Assembly: GCA_964016885.1 (NCBI GenBank)
Contig: OZ024749.1
Location: 56,606,001 to 56,670,000, forward strand
Reading direction: 5' to 3'
Length of the DNA stretch: 64,000 nt
Origin: Eledone cirrhosa
Lineage: Eukaryota
Below are positions 13,404-26,934 of this stretch, piece after piece; the stretch's first letter is position 1; every line of letters begins with the position of its first letter. The translations under genes were made by a program, and so were the position numbers. The notes below the pieces were generated by a model. The model had not been told where the DNA came from. It searched no databases and was given only the letters and a program-made list of their open reading frames with translations.

Positions 13404-13510
13404 CACAGCTACTGCTACTACCACAGCTACTGCTACTACTACTACTACTACTACCACAGCTACTACAACTACTATCACAGCTACTACTACTAGTAGTAGT
13501 AGTAATAATA
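13250..13510. repeat. (CTA)n array punctuated by CCACAG
   Basis: Direct reading. Confidence 0.9.
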
Positions 13511-13549
13511 ATTTCTTTATTAGCCACTAGGGCTTAAGTAGTAGTAGTA

Positions 13550-13890
13550 GTAATGGTGGTTTCTGATTTAGGCCCAAGGTCAACAATTTTGCAGAGGGGA
13601 AAGTCGATTAAATCGACCCCAGTACATTACTGGTACTTTACTTTATCGACCTCGTAAGGATGAAAGGCAAAGCTAACCTCGGCGGGATTTGAACTCAGAA
13701 TGTAAAGGGCCGCAAATCCACGCCACAAAGCATTGTGTCTGATGCTCTACCGATTACTGTCACTCCAACACCATTAATAATACTAATAATTGTTTCTACT
13801 TTTGGCACAAGGCCAGCAATTAACCAGTGTTTTACTGGTACTTTATTTTATCGACCCCGTAAGATGAAAGGCAAAGTTAACCTCGGCAGG
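13550..13890 (-). mobile_element. tandem SINEs: long copy (13550-13775) plus 5'-truncated short copy (13776-13890)
   Basis: Reverse-complement matches to the family. Confidence 0.85.
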
Positions 13891-14747
13891 TTATTCATTT
13901 CGTGACGAGAGCAAAACATATGTTGCGATTCGTATCGAATACAGACGTACTTTTGGTTATTTGTATAAATTACAAAAATAAAGATAAATAAATGAATAAT
14001 GATAAAAATAAATAAAATATAATGAAATAAAATATATATTAAAAGTAAAATAAAAATAATAACAACAATGCTAAATACATAAATATGTAATACTATTGAA
14101 GACGAACTTCAGTACAGATAAATAACCTAAATATCACACACATTAAAAAAATTTCATTTGTATAGAACAAAACGACATTTGAAAATGTTTCTGATATTGT
14201 CTAAACTATCTTAAAGCTGTAAATCTTTATTTTATAATGAGTCTTTCAAAGATCAGACAGGTCGGTATTAAACAATGCCTTACATTTGATATATCAAATT
14301 TAACACATCATTGGTCTCACCAATAGTCAATAGAGATCTTATCAGAGCACTTTTTCGTTAGAAAAAAAAGCAGTTTTTTGTGGGGTTTTTTTGTTGTTGC
14401 TATCCACCCCCCTCTATACATTTTTTGTTTTCAAATAGGTGGTATTTCTTCTTTATCTCATTTTTAAACATTTAATTTGATGCTAAATAAACAAGAGAAT
14501 AGAATCAGCAAAATGAAAAAAATGACAAACAATAAAACGCCAGTCTGAATGCCTTGTATAATAATAATAAATTTAATGTTAACATATTTCAAGCAGAGAA
14601 TGAAACATTTCTCACTTGAAATAAGTGTTTAGCGATCAAAAGGTAGTTAGAATATTTCAGATAAAAACCCACACTATATCATCCTGTACTGTCTTTAATG
14701 TGGACCCTGTGTGGCTAATAAATAAATAATTATTACTTGAAACATAA

Positions 14748-14838
14748 AGGCGGTGGATTTACAGTGTCGGTAGAGCGCCGGACATTATGCTTTGCAGTAT
14801 AGAGTTACGGCCATTTACATTCTGAGTTCAAATCCCAC
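14748..14838 (+). mobile_element. SINE 5' half (tRNA-related head)
   Basis: GGCGGTGGATTTACAGTGTCGGTAGAGCG...GAGTTCAAATCCC. Confidence 0.8.
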
Positions 14839-15884
14839 AAATCACACATAGGTGTGAGCTGTCACACACACACATTCCGTGCAAACAAGTGGCTGTGTGG
14901 GAGTCGAAGGAATCGGTGTTTATTTGAAAGGTTGTTTACCGTATATTTGGCCCTTAGTAAACAAACTATGGTGAGTGGGCCGACATTTAACGAAAACAAA
15001 ACTGCACCCCAACTTGTGTACTTCATTAAGGATGATCATGTAAGCAAACATCTCCCCCCCCACCTTATCATCCCCATATCTCTCTCTCTATGTTGTGGTG
15101 GTGGTGGGGTGTTCCTTCTTCTCATTCTCTCTTTCTCTAACTACCCCTCTCTCTCTCTCTGAGGTGGTGGTGGGGGTCTTCATTCCTCTCTTTCTCTAAC
15201 TACCCCCTCTCTCTCTGAGGTGGTGGTGGTGTTCCTTCCTCTCCCCTTCCCCTCATTGACATATAATTCCTTGAACGGAGGAAACAACAGATTGGTAAGA
15301 CTCAGCAGTTGGTGATCCAATGTAATTGACCTGATTGAAACGAGGGGATGGAACAACAACATCAGCAGCAGCAGCCTCGACAACAACAACATCAACAACA
15401 ACAACAGCAGCCTCGACAACTATAACATCAACAACAACAACAACAGCAGCCTCGACAACAACAACATCGACAACAACAACAACAACAACATCGACAACTA
15501 AAACAATACCAACTGGAAACAACAAATTCAATAATAATAATAATTATTATTATTATTTTAACAACAACAGCAACTATAATAATGATGATGGTGATTGTGA
15601 TACTGATAGTGATGATGATAGTGATGATGATAGTGATGATGATAGTGATGATGCTGGTGATAATAATGGTCAAATGATATGTTTTGATGTGAAGGAGTGG
15701 TAACAATTTGTTTTCTCATTTAGGAAAGAATTTGTAGAAGAAGTCTCAGTCTTTCTAGTCTTTATCGTCATTTCCTTCAGTTCCTCATATCAACAGAGAT
15801 GCCAATCAATATTGAAATAATCAATAATAGATGGGAGATCTGTGACGGGGGCAGGGGGTGTTTTGTTATATTTAATAACATATT

Positions 15885-16245
15885 TTGTAATTCTAGGTTC
15901 AAATCCCGCCGATATCAACTTTGTTTTTGCTTTTTCTCTTTCATGTGTCGATAACAAAGAGTACCAGTCAAATACTGGGGGCGCTTTAATCAACTAACAA
16001 ATACCACTAAATTTCTGGTATTAGTTATATTAATGGTGGTGGTTTGGCAGTATAATCGAGAGAACATCGGATACCATACTTAGCGACATAGAGTTACGGC
16101 CCTTTATGTTCTGAGTTCAAATTTCGCCGAGGTTACGTTTACCTTTCATCCTTACAGGATCGATAAAATAAAGTACCAGTAACGCACTGGAGTCGATTTA
16201 ATTGACTTTCCGCTCCCCCAAAATTGCCGGCCTTGTGTCTAAATT
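15885..16245 (+). mobile_element. two SINE copies: degraded (15885-16020) and long variant (16035-16245)
   Basis: B box and GATAAAATAAAGTACCAG landmarks. Confidence 0.8.
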
Positions 16246-16564
16246 ATCATCACCACCATCTTTCTTAAAACAACAATTATCTGGGATACTTATCTTTTCC
16301 TCATGCATTTTCCTAAGGTTTGAGCTGTAGAAATGAATTGGGATCACGGCATCCGGGACCAGGTAGATCAAGGATGTTGATGTTGTTCTTCAACAATATA
16401 GAGGTTTAAACTTAATCCATCACCAAGGTTAACACCACCACCAGCCCAGTGAACTCTTATAGCTATGTCCACACTGTTAAGTAAGATCTATTTCAAGTCT
16501 AGAAGCTGTTCTGGTGAAATATAATCCCGGTTTCATTGGCGTTAAGCAGGATTAAGCCACATCT

Positions 16565-16655
16565 GCCGCTGGTGAACTGAAACAATGAGAAGTAAAATCA
16601 ATTGCCAAGGGAGATAACTTACCATCTGGTCTGGGAATTAAACCCACGAGCTAAA
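16565..16655 (-). mobile_element. old second SINE family fragment (CORE-SINE-like)
   Basis: Similar to 29870-30000; B-box-like GGGTTTAATTCCC on the minus strand. Family assignment is from memory. Confidence 0.4.
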
Positions 16656-16847
16656 AAACAAGAGAACATCCCTATTACTACAAGGGCGAGCACATCTACA
16701 TGATCTACTGTATTGCATGTATTCAGAGATCATTCATCCTTGAAGGAGAGTTCGATTTGGGGTAAAATTCATCGATATCGATGCGATCTGAACCAGAATG
16801 TTCGGAGACAAATATAAATAATTTTATAATTTTGATCAGCAGTTCTA

Positions 16848-16978
16848 CAAAGGTTAGCTTTGCCTTTCATTCTTACAGGATCGATAAAATAAAGTACCAG
16901 TTACGCACTGGGGTCGATTTAAACGACTTCGCTCTACCAACAAATACCTGGCCTTGTGTCTGAATCAGACATTGTTAT
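16848..16978 (+). mobile_element. 5'-truncated SINE, long variant
   Basis: Central domain plus GGGGTCGATTTAAACGACT and tail. Confidence 0.85.
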
Positions 16979-17019
16979 TTATATTGTCTATTTGCAACAG
17001 TAGCCTGTGTGTATGGCAA

Positions 17020-17470
17020 CTCCCACAACTATCACCACCACCACAAGTACCACCACCACCACCACCACCACCACAAGTACCACCACCACCACCACCACCA
17101 CAAGTACCACCACCACCATCACCACCATCACCACAAGTACCACCACCACCACCACCACCACCACAAGTACCACCAGCACCACCACCACCACCACAAGTAC
17201 CACCACCACCACCACCACCACAAGTACCACCACCACCATCACCACCATCACCACAAGTACCACCACCACCACCACCACAAGTACCACCACCATCACCACC
17301 ACAAGTACCACCACCACCACCACCACCATCACCACAAGTACCACCACCACCATCACCACCACCATCACCACCGCCATCACCATCACCACCACCACCACCA
17401 CAAGTACCACCACCACCACTACCAACATCACCATCACCACTATCATCACAGCTGCAACCAGCATCATCAT
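17020..17470. repeat. (CCA)n array punctuated by CAAGTA
   Basis: Direct reading. Confidence 0.9.
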
Positions 17471-18409
17471 CATAAGCAGCAGTAACATAACCGCAATATT
17501 CGCACCATCAGAATCGTTCGTCATCCTTCATCTCCTCCTCCTCCTCCTTCTACCACCACCACCACTACTACTACTACTACTAATAACAACAACAGCAATC
17601 GTACTCCACCCCCTTTTCTATTTCTTCATCAACATCATCATCACCGTTATCATCACCATCCTACCCCGTCGTCATCATCACCCCCGTAATCACTCTCTCT
17701 CCACCATCATGTACCCCTCCCCGCCATCCCTCCCCTTCTAATGTCGTCTGTCACCACCGACAGATGTCATCAGATATAAATGTAAGATCTCATTCGTTTT
17801 CATTAGAATTACAACACGCGATCTTTCTCAAATCTATTGTCTGGATCAGCAGAACTACAGACCAGAGACCATCATTGGAGATGTTCTTGAGACACCACTA
17901 CTACTACTACTACCACTACCACTACCTCCACTACCACCACTACTACTACCGCCACTACTATCACCACTAGCACTATTACCACCACAGCCACTATAACCAC
18001 CATCACAATCATCCCGGTATCACCTACGCCACTAATACCACAGCTATCCGTTCCAACACCACCACCACCATCAACACCACAACGATGACCATCAACATCA
18101 TCACCACTACCAATATCACCATCCTTACTATCATGTCATCATATCCCTCTCTCTATCTCTATCCTCTCACTATCTATATATTCACCCTCTCTCTCTCTCT
18201 TCTCTCACTATCTATATATTTACCCCACTCTCTCTGTCTATATATCTAACTATCTATACACACACACACACACTCTCTTTCTCTCTCTTTCTCTCCCCCT
18301 GTCTCTCACCATAAGATACGTTTCTCTGTGTTGAGAGGAGTTGTGTGACGAGATATCCAACACTCGTCGTAGTAAAACTGATACGACATCGAAATTACTG
18401 AAAATGGTC

Positions 18410-20439
18410 CGATGTGTAGAACTGTAGAGGACGGTATGTAGAACTGTAGAGGACGGTGTGTAGAACTGTAGAGGACGGTATGTAGAACTGTAGAGGACGG
18501 TATGTAGAACTGTAGAGGACGGTGTGTAGAACTGTAGAGGACGGTATGTAGAACTGTAGAGGACGGTTATGTAGAACTGTAGAGGACGATGTGTAGAACT
18601 GTAGAGGACGATGTGTAGAACTGTAGAGGACGATGTGTAGAACTGTAGAGGACGATGTGTAGAACTGTAGAGGAGGATGTGTAGAACTGTAGAGGACGGT
18701 GTGTAGAACTGTAGAGGACGGTGTGTAGAACTGTAGAGGACGGTGTGTAGAACTGTAGAGGACGGTGTGTAGAACTGTAGAGGACGGTATGTAGAACTGT
18801 AGAGGACGATGTGTAGAACTGTAGAGGACGGTATGTAGAACTGTAGAGGACGATGTGTAGAACTGTAGAGGACGATGTGTAGAACTGTAGAGGACGGTAT
18901 GTAGAACTGTAGAGGACGGTGTGTAGAACTGTAGAGGACGGTGTGTAGAACTGTAGAGGACGGTATGTAGAACTGTAGAGGACGATGTGTAGAACTGTAG
19001 AGGACGATGTGTAGAACTGTAGAGGACGGTGTGTAGAACTGTAGAGGACGGTGTGTAGAACTGTAGAGGACGGTATGTAGAACTGTAGAGGACGATGTGT
19101 AGAACTGTAGAGGACGGTGTGTAGAACTGTAGAGGACGGTGTGTAGAACTGTAGAGGACGATGTGTAGAACTGTAGAGGACGGTATGTAGAACTGTAGAG
19201 GACGATGTGTAGAACTGTAGAGGACGGTGTGTAGAACTGTAGAGGACGGTGTGTAGAACTGTAGAGGACGATGTGTAGAACTGTAGAGGACGGTATGTAG
19301 AACTGTAGAGGACGATGTGTAGAACTGTAGAGGACGATGTGTAGAACTGTAGAGGACGATGTGTAGAACTGTAGAGGACGGTATGTAGAACTGTAGAGGA
19401 CGATGTGTAGAACTGTAGAGGACGGTATGTAGAACTGTAGAGGACGATGTGTAGAACTGTAGAGGACGATGTGTAGAACTGTAGAGGACGGTATGTAGAA
19501 CTGTAGAGGACGGTGTGTAGAACTGTAGAGGACGGTGTGTAGAACTGTAGAGGACGGTATGTAGAACTGTAGAGGACGATGTGTAGAACTGTAGAGGACG
19601 ATGTGTAGAACTGTAGAGGACGGTGTGTAGAACTGTAGAGGACGGTGTGTAGAACTGTAGAGGACGGTATGTAGAACTGTAGAGGACGATGTGTAGAACT
19701 GTAGAGGACGGTGTGTAGAACTGTAGAGGACGGTGTGTAGAACTGTAGAGGACGATGTGTAGAACTGTAGAGGACGGTATGTAGAACTGTAGAGGACGAT
19801 GTGTAGAACTGTAGAGGACGGTGTGTAGAACTGTAGAGGACGGTGTGTAGAACTGTAGAGGACGATGTGTAGAACTGTAGAGGACGGTATGTAGAACTGT
19901 AGAGGACGATGTGTAGAACTGTAGAGGACGATGTGTAGAACTGTAGAGGACGATGTGTAGAACTGTAGAGGACGGTATGTAGAACTGTAGAGGACGGTGT
20001 GTAGAACTGTAGAGGACGGTATGTAGAACTGTAGAGGACGATGTGTAGAACTGTAGAGGACGGTATGTAGAACTGTACAGGACGGTGTGTAGAACTGTAG
20101 AGGACGATGTGTAGAACTGTAGAGGACGATGTGTAGAACTGTAGAGGACGATGTGTAGAACTGTAGAGGACGATGTGTAGAACTGTAGAGGACGGTATGT
20201 AGAACTGTAGAGGACGGTGTGTAGAACTGTAGAGGACGGTGTGTAGAACTGTAGAGGACGATGTGTAGAACTGTAGAGGACGATGTGTAGAACTGTAGAG
20301 GACGGTATGTAGAACTGTAGAGGACGATGTGTAGAACTGTAGAGGACGGTATGTAGAACTGTAGAGGACGATGTGTAGAACTGTAGAGGACGGTATGTAG
20401 AACTGTAGAGGACGATGTGTAGAACTGTAGAGGACGGTG
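18410..20439. repeat. 22-bp minisatellite, about 92 units (GTAGAACTGTAGAGGACGRTRT)
   Basis: 22-nt unit, matching the 22-aa period of the minus-strand ORFs; three unit variants; a 27-unit block is duplicated. Confidence 0.97.
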
Positions 20440-21103
20440 CTTCTGGCTGGTATGATCTGATGATAAGTCTGATCGATCCGAACAGACATAAACAACAATA
20501 ACAACAGCAACAACAATAACAACAGCAGCAACAACGACGAAACCATCGCCAATAAACTCTAACACTAATAATTATTAATAGAGATTCACCAGCAACATAA
20601 ACGAAAATAACAACAACAGCAATAACTCCATATCACCACCACCACCACCAACAACAACAGCAAGAACAAGAACTACAACAACAAAAACAAGAAGTACTCC
20701 AGCTACAACAAATACAACAACTACTACACCAACTCCAACAACAACTACTACTCCAACAACAACAACAACAACAACAGCCATAAATGCTATATATCTAATA
20801 AAGGCGACGACGCACCCTTCAGTATTGTAACTTATTTTTATTTGTCTAGAAAGCACCTGCGCGCATGAGTGAGGTTAGATGAGGTGACCAATGAAGATCA
20901 CCAAAGCGGCAGAGGTTTTGATGGGTAATAAATCAGAAAAATGGTGATAAGAGTCTGGAATTTCTAGGGAGTAAACCAATACAGACTCTCCATAACCTTG
21001 TGACCCCAGCTTCAATATACGTGTGGACGTGTGCCTGCACTTGTGAATACAATTATCTATTAGTAAGCATAAGTTTATTTATGGGAATGTACACACACTC
21101 ACA

Positions 21104-21207
<104 letters not shown>

Positions 21208-21335
21208 AACAAATAAAACAAAACAAACACAGGGATGCGAAAACAGTCTTACTAGGATCACGTTAATATGTATGTATGTATGTATGTATGTATGTGAGTG
21301 TGTGTGCGCGTTTATACAGAGAGAGAAAAAAGCGA

Positions 21336-21402
<67 letters not shown>

Positions 21403-22027
21403 ACGAAAGTAAAGAGATGTAAACATGAATATAAATACTTTTTCTAAATACAGTTTTTAGCGTTGAATCTTATCTGAACCTGTTTCAATGACTGGTAATA
21501 ATTCCTGGTTTTTATTATAAAACAAGATTATAGATTGTGAATGACTAGCAACACTGAGAGATTGCAGCAGCCACACACGATAGGTGAGAGAGAGCGGGTT
21601 CTCTATATACTAGGTTTTACATATTGATGCTCTGCTGATAAATACCCTGGATGGCTCCATATTTCATTGCTCCTGGTGGAATGTTTTGTATGTAATGTGT
21701 GTATTTATGTGTAAGTGAGCAAACGGTATATATTTTATGTTAGAAATATGCTATGTAAACAAAAGCTTCCCTGAATTAATATACAATGAATGTTGGTTCC
21801 AATTCCAAATATGCATTACCCTTTCTATCTCTATTTCCCTGCATCTCTATCTATCTATCTTGATTTATCTTTGTATTTCCCTTTCTCTCAGTTTTTATCT
21901 CTCTTATTCTATTATGATTAAGATTATATCTGCATACGTCTGACTACGTATGTGTCTAAGGAGGATTTTGCTTCTCTTACAGAAGGCTTAGTTTATGAAA
22001 TTAAAAACCACAAATCCACGCATATAC

Positions 22028-22060
<33 letters not shown>

Positions 22061-22150
22061 TACATATTACATACAGGTACATCTGTCTTATGCTTTGCTA
22101 ATATCAAACGTTTCTCTCCTCCCTCCCGAGCATTGATTTACACATATATA

Positions 22151-22253
22151 CAGGGTGTCCCCCCAAAAAATATATAGACACTTTGATTACCTCTACAGGC
22201 AATATTTATTAGAATGCTGTTAAAGTGTGTATATATTTTTCGGGGACACACTA
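22151..22253. mobile_element. Tc1/mariner-type MITE
   Basis: TA-CAGGGTGTCCCC...GGGGACACACTA-TA terminal inverted repeats; sister copy at 42992-43067. Confidence 0.75.
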
Positions 22254-22959
22254 TATATACTTGAACTAATATATACACATATATATATAACATACAGCTA
22301 CAAACACACACGCAGAGACACATACATACCCCCCCCCCCCCACACACACATTATATATATATATATATATATTCACAATTTACCGAAGGGCATTATAATG
22401 TCAAGTGTTGTCATTCATGTTCTTTCTGGAGTACAGCCGTTGTCGTCCCATGCTAATGTCTGTTGGACAGCTGACATTATAATCTATACATGTACATACA
22501 TACCACGCCAACCTCCTCCCAACACCGTACATATACATATATACAATACATACATATATATTGCACGCCAACCTTCTCCCAACACCGTACATCAATACTA
22601 ATATATCATATTATTTCCATGAATATTCACCGTATAGCTGTGGTGTTTCTGGAGTGTTTCATCAAACATTAACTAATACATCTCTATTTTGAAGGACGAT
22701 AGCAATTTCTTTAGGCTAAAAGTTATTATTATTAGTATTTTTAGCGTTTGTTTTCAGTTCGTGATATTCTCATATTTCCTTGGTTTTAGTTGATGTATTT
22801 TTGGTTTCTCTCCCAACCTGTCAAACTATATTGGACAATGAAACTACAAACATCAGTTGATAACAAACAGTAAAGCGATAGTAAGAGACAGTAGTGAGAT
22901 GGACTAAATATAATTTAGTGTTTAGTTACTTTCATCGTCATTATTTGTTCAACCAATTG

Positions 22960-23085
22960 TTGTTCAGAGTCATTAGAACATTGGATATAATACTTTGTTG
23001 TATGTGTTCCAGCTTACTGCGCCTTTTGATTTCGAATCCTGACGGGGTCACCTTTGACTTTCATCCTGTCGAGGTGGATAAATAA
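22960..23085 (+). mobile_element. old degraded SINE copy
   Basis: CAGAGTCATTAGAAC head, TTCGAATCC, CTTTCATCC..GATAAA. Confidence 0.6.
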
Positions 23086-23116
<31 letters not shown>

Positions 23117-24409
23117 ACTACCAGTCTAGTACTACGACCGATTCTTCCATATAACTTTCTAACTACCCCTCTGGAAAAAAAAAACTTGACTATCTTCAGA
23201 CCTGGAGAGTGGGTGTGCCCCGCCAGGTTTAAAGCACCCAAGACAGGCCGCATTTGACAATAGTGTCTCTACGACTCCAAATACATACATCATTAGTCAG
23301 TGATAGGTGTAATTGGTTCCTTGAAAAACCTATCAGTTGTTCCTTCTGGTCGAGATTCTAACTCCGTGGATATTGGTCCTCGCCACCAATATAAGCTTTT
23401 CCTGCAACATGTAGCTAACACTTCCGGTAAAACTTCCAACATTTAGGTCTTGGCTATAAGGTGTTTATTATTAGTTTTTTGTAATCCCTATCATGTTTTT
23501 GGTCACAAGACCAACTGCGAGAGATAGGTATGTATAGAATAATAGCTAGGTAGATGGCTAGACGAATTGGGAGATGGATAGGTAGATAGATAGGTAGATA
23601 GATAGAGACAAATTGAGAGGTTAATAGATAGATATATAGACAAATAGATAGATAGATAGGTAGATAGATAGATAGAAGACAAATTGCTAGATAGATAGAT
23701 AGTCAGTTAGTTAATCAGGCAGCCGCAGTACATAGCTATAAAAACATAGTAAGCCGGAAATACAAGGAGATACACGTGAAAAGAAAGAGTTTCGGTAGAG
23801 TTGTTCAAATGAATGACAAGTAATGACAACAGTAGTTATTTCAGGAATTCCTTCATAAACGTTGGTGGGATAGAGGAATGGTGGGGCGGAAGGACAGTTT
23901 ACTGTGATAATCCCACACCGAGACTGTCACACTATAGTCATGTCACTAGGAAAGAGGGATCATTTCATATAACATCGTCTCCAACATCATCATCGTCACC
24001 TTCAGAAGCATCACAAGCCCCACACCTTTCTCCTCCACAACCTCCTCGCCCACTTCGTACCATCATCATCGTCGTCGACATCACCATCATCATCATCATT
24101 ATCATCATCATCAATATAACCCCCCTCCTCTTCTTCCTCCTATTCATCACCATCATCGTCATCATTATAAACCCCTTCCCCACCTCCTTCTCATCGTCAT
24201 CATTGTCATCATCGTCATCATCGTCATCATCATCATCAAAAACTTCACTATCACCATCGTCACACCATCGTACTCCTCCCCCACACCCCACATCACTATA
24301 TCATTGTAATCAGCCCCTCCCCCTCCTCATTACCATCATCATCATCATCGTAGTTTTTTGTGAGGTGAGCAATAAATCAAAGCCAATGTAATACGATCAT
24401 CACAGTCGT

Positions 24410-24900
24410 CATCATCATCACCACCACCACCACCACCACCACCACCACCATAAACATCATCACCACCACCACCACCATAAACATCACCACCACCACCACC
24501 ACTACCACCACCATAAACATCATCATCACCACCACCACCATAAACATCATCATCACCACCACCACCATAAACATCATCACCACCACCACCACCACCATAA
24601 ACATCATCACCACCACCACCACCATAAACATCATCACCACCACCACCACCATAAACATCATCACCACCACCACCACCATAAACATCATCACCACCACCAC
24701 CACCATAAACATCATCACTACCACCACCACCATAAACATCATCATCGTAATATAAACCACAACCAACAACCTCATCATCATCACCATCACCACAATCACT
24801 ACCATCACCATCTTCATCATCAACCTTATCCCCATCATCACCACCACCACCACCACCACCACCACCACCATCATCACCACCACCACCACCACCACCATCT
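24410..24900. repeat. about 27-bp minisatellite CCATAAACATCATCA(CCA)n
   Basis: Direct reading. Confidence 0.9.
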
Positions 24901-25010
24901 ATTGTTGTCATGTTTGCCAACCATGTCATCGCTGCAGTTGTTGCCATGGTAATAACTAGTTGGTAACGATCAGAGATTAATCTTAATAAGAACAATGGAA
25001 ATATTAATCT

Positions 25011-25610
25011 GGTGGTGGTTGTTATGGTGATGGTGGTGATGGTGATGGTGGCTATGGTGGTGGTGGTGGTGATGGCTATGGCTATGGTGGTGGTGGTGAT
25101 GATGGCTATGGTGGTGATGGTGATGGCTATGGTGGTGGTGATGGCTAAGGTGGTGGTGATGGTGGCTATGGTGGTGGTGATGGCTATGGTGGTGATGGTG
25201 GCTATGGTGGTGGTGATGGCTAAGGTGGTGGTGATGGTGGCTATGGTGGTGGTGATGGCTATGGTGGTGACGGTGGCTATGGTGGTGGTGATGGCTAAGG
25301 TGGTGGTGATGGTGGCTATGGTGGTGGTGATGGCTATGGTGGTGATGGTGGCTATGGTGGTGGTGATGGCTAAGGTGGTGGTGATGGCTATGGTGGTGAT
25401 GGTGGCTATGGTGGTGGTGATGGCTATGGTGGTGGTGATGGCTAAGGTGGTGGTGATGGTGGCTATGGTGGTGATGGTGGCTATGGTGGTGATGGCTATG
25501 GTGGTGGTGATGGCTAAGGTGGTGGTGATGGCTAAGGTGGTGGTGATGGTGGCTATGGTGGTGATGGCTAAGGTGGTGGTGATGGTGGCTATGGTGGTGG
25601 TGATGGTGGC
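25011..25610. repeat. (TGG)n-based minisatellite with GATGGCTAT/GATGGCTAAG variants
   Basis: Direct reading. Confidence 0.9.
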
Positions 25611-25741
25611 CTTCTGCTTAAATAAGAAGCCATTATTATTATTGACTTAGTTTTCTGTATAACCCCCCCCCCCACAGTACTGTCCTGTACAGTCCTTATT
25701 GTCTTCTTAATGTAAACCCTATCTTACTAATAAAGAAACAT

Positions 25742-25900
25742 ACGTCCCTTTACGTTCTGAGTTCAAATGACACCAAGGCTATCTTTGCCTTTCATCTTTA
25801 CGGGATCGATAAAATAAAGTACCAGTAATGCACCGAGGTCGATTTAATTGACTCCCCCCCCCCAATTGCTGGCCTTGTGTCTAAAGTAGAAACAATTGTT
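25742..25900 (+). mobile_element. 5'-truncated SINE, long variant
   Basis: B box, central domain and tail. Confidence 0.85.
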
Positions 25901-26329
25901 GTTGTTGTTATTGTTATTGTTGTTTATATTAGCAGCCAACCACCATATTGGTTAGTGTTGTCAAGTTATCTGCAATTTCTACTGATGAGGTTCAGTAATG
26001 TTTCGGCTTACGACGAGAATTGATGAGCCAAGGGAGCTAACAACACAACTGCTTGGGAAAAAATAACATTTTAAATAAATAAAACTGAACATATCTTATG
26101 GTTGTGACATGTTGTCAGAAAAAAATATAACTTTGTGGTTGAGGAGGAATATATTTCTAGCATGATAGAAAGTGAGAAAAATGAAGAAGGCCTAGTGTGA
26201 TGGTTGTCACATCTAGGCTATATATATAGGTGTGTGATTGTGTGTATATGTATGTATATATGAATCTCTCTCTCTCTCTTGCGCTCTCTCTCTCTCTCTC
26301 TCGCTCTCTCTCTATATATATATATTTAT

Positions 26330-26389
26330 ATAGGAAAAAGTATGACTCCGACGGCAGAGCTCAAGCCGTTTCGACGGCTATTTCTGGAC
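26330..26389. mobile_element. solo 60-bp family A terminus in (TA)n
   Basis: One difference from the reverse complement of 58864-58923; TA on both sides. Confidence 0.8.
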
Positions 26390-26619
26390 TATATATATAT
26401 AAATGATATATATTGATCCGTGTATGTGTGTGTATGCATACATATGTATATATATATGTATGTGTATTTCTGTACGCGTGTGTCTGTGAGTGTGCGTCTA
26501 TGTGTTGACATATAAGGCAAACCTACCAGCATGCTCTTTTTAATATTCCCATTTTCAGCCTCGTTGTGAAAATGTTCTGCGGTGGTTATATAAATACATT
26601 CCTGAGTTTTATATCGAAT

Positions 26620-26667
26620 TATAATAATTGTTTCTACTTTTGGCACAAGGCCAGCAATTACCCCAGT
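26620..26667 (-). mobile_element. SINE 3' tail fragment
   Basis: AATTGTTTCTACTTTTGGCACAAGGCCAGCAATTACCCCAGT. Confidence 0.75.
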
Positions 26668-26934
26668 TATAATAATATTCGATATGTTTGCAAGCAAACG
26701 GCCTCGTTACGCTGTGTATTTTAGATGACTACCGTCATCCCTTTGTTCTAGCGATGACAGAGAGAGAGAGAGAATCGACAATATTATTGTTTCTGTGTTA
26801 TTTCCCTTTGACTAGAACTCTTGAGAATACTCTAAAGTATACATTAGCCTAATTTGCATATCGAGCGATTTTACGAATAGCTTTGCCGAAAATTAAAAAC
26901 AAATTATGCCATCACCATAAATGAAACTTGAATG

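Noticed and set aside
16954-17741. Extensin-like poly-Pro, mucin-like poly-Thr and poly-His ORFs
   Set aside because: All are frames of one (CCA)n array, with no signal peptide, domain or splice support.
18250-20565. 771-aa and 661-aa minus-strand ORFs; also a superficial CRISPR-like look
   Set aside because: The 22-bp unit has no minus-strand stop codon, so all frames stay open. There are no unique spacers or cas genes and the context is eukaryotic.
24345-24995. GGGGDDVY-repeat ORF resembling a Gly/Tyr-rich structural protein
   Set aside because: Explained by the 27-bp minisatellite; another frame is equally open.
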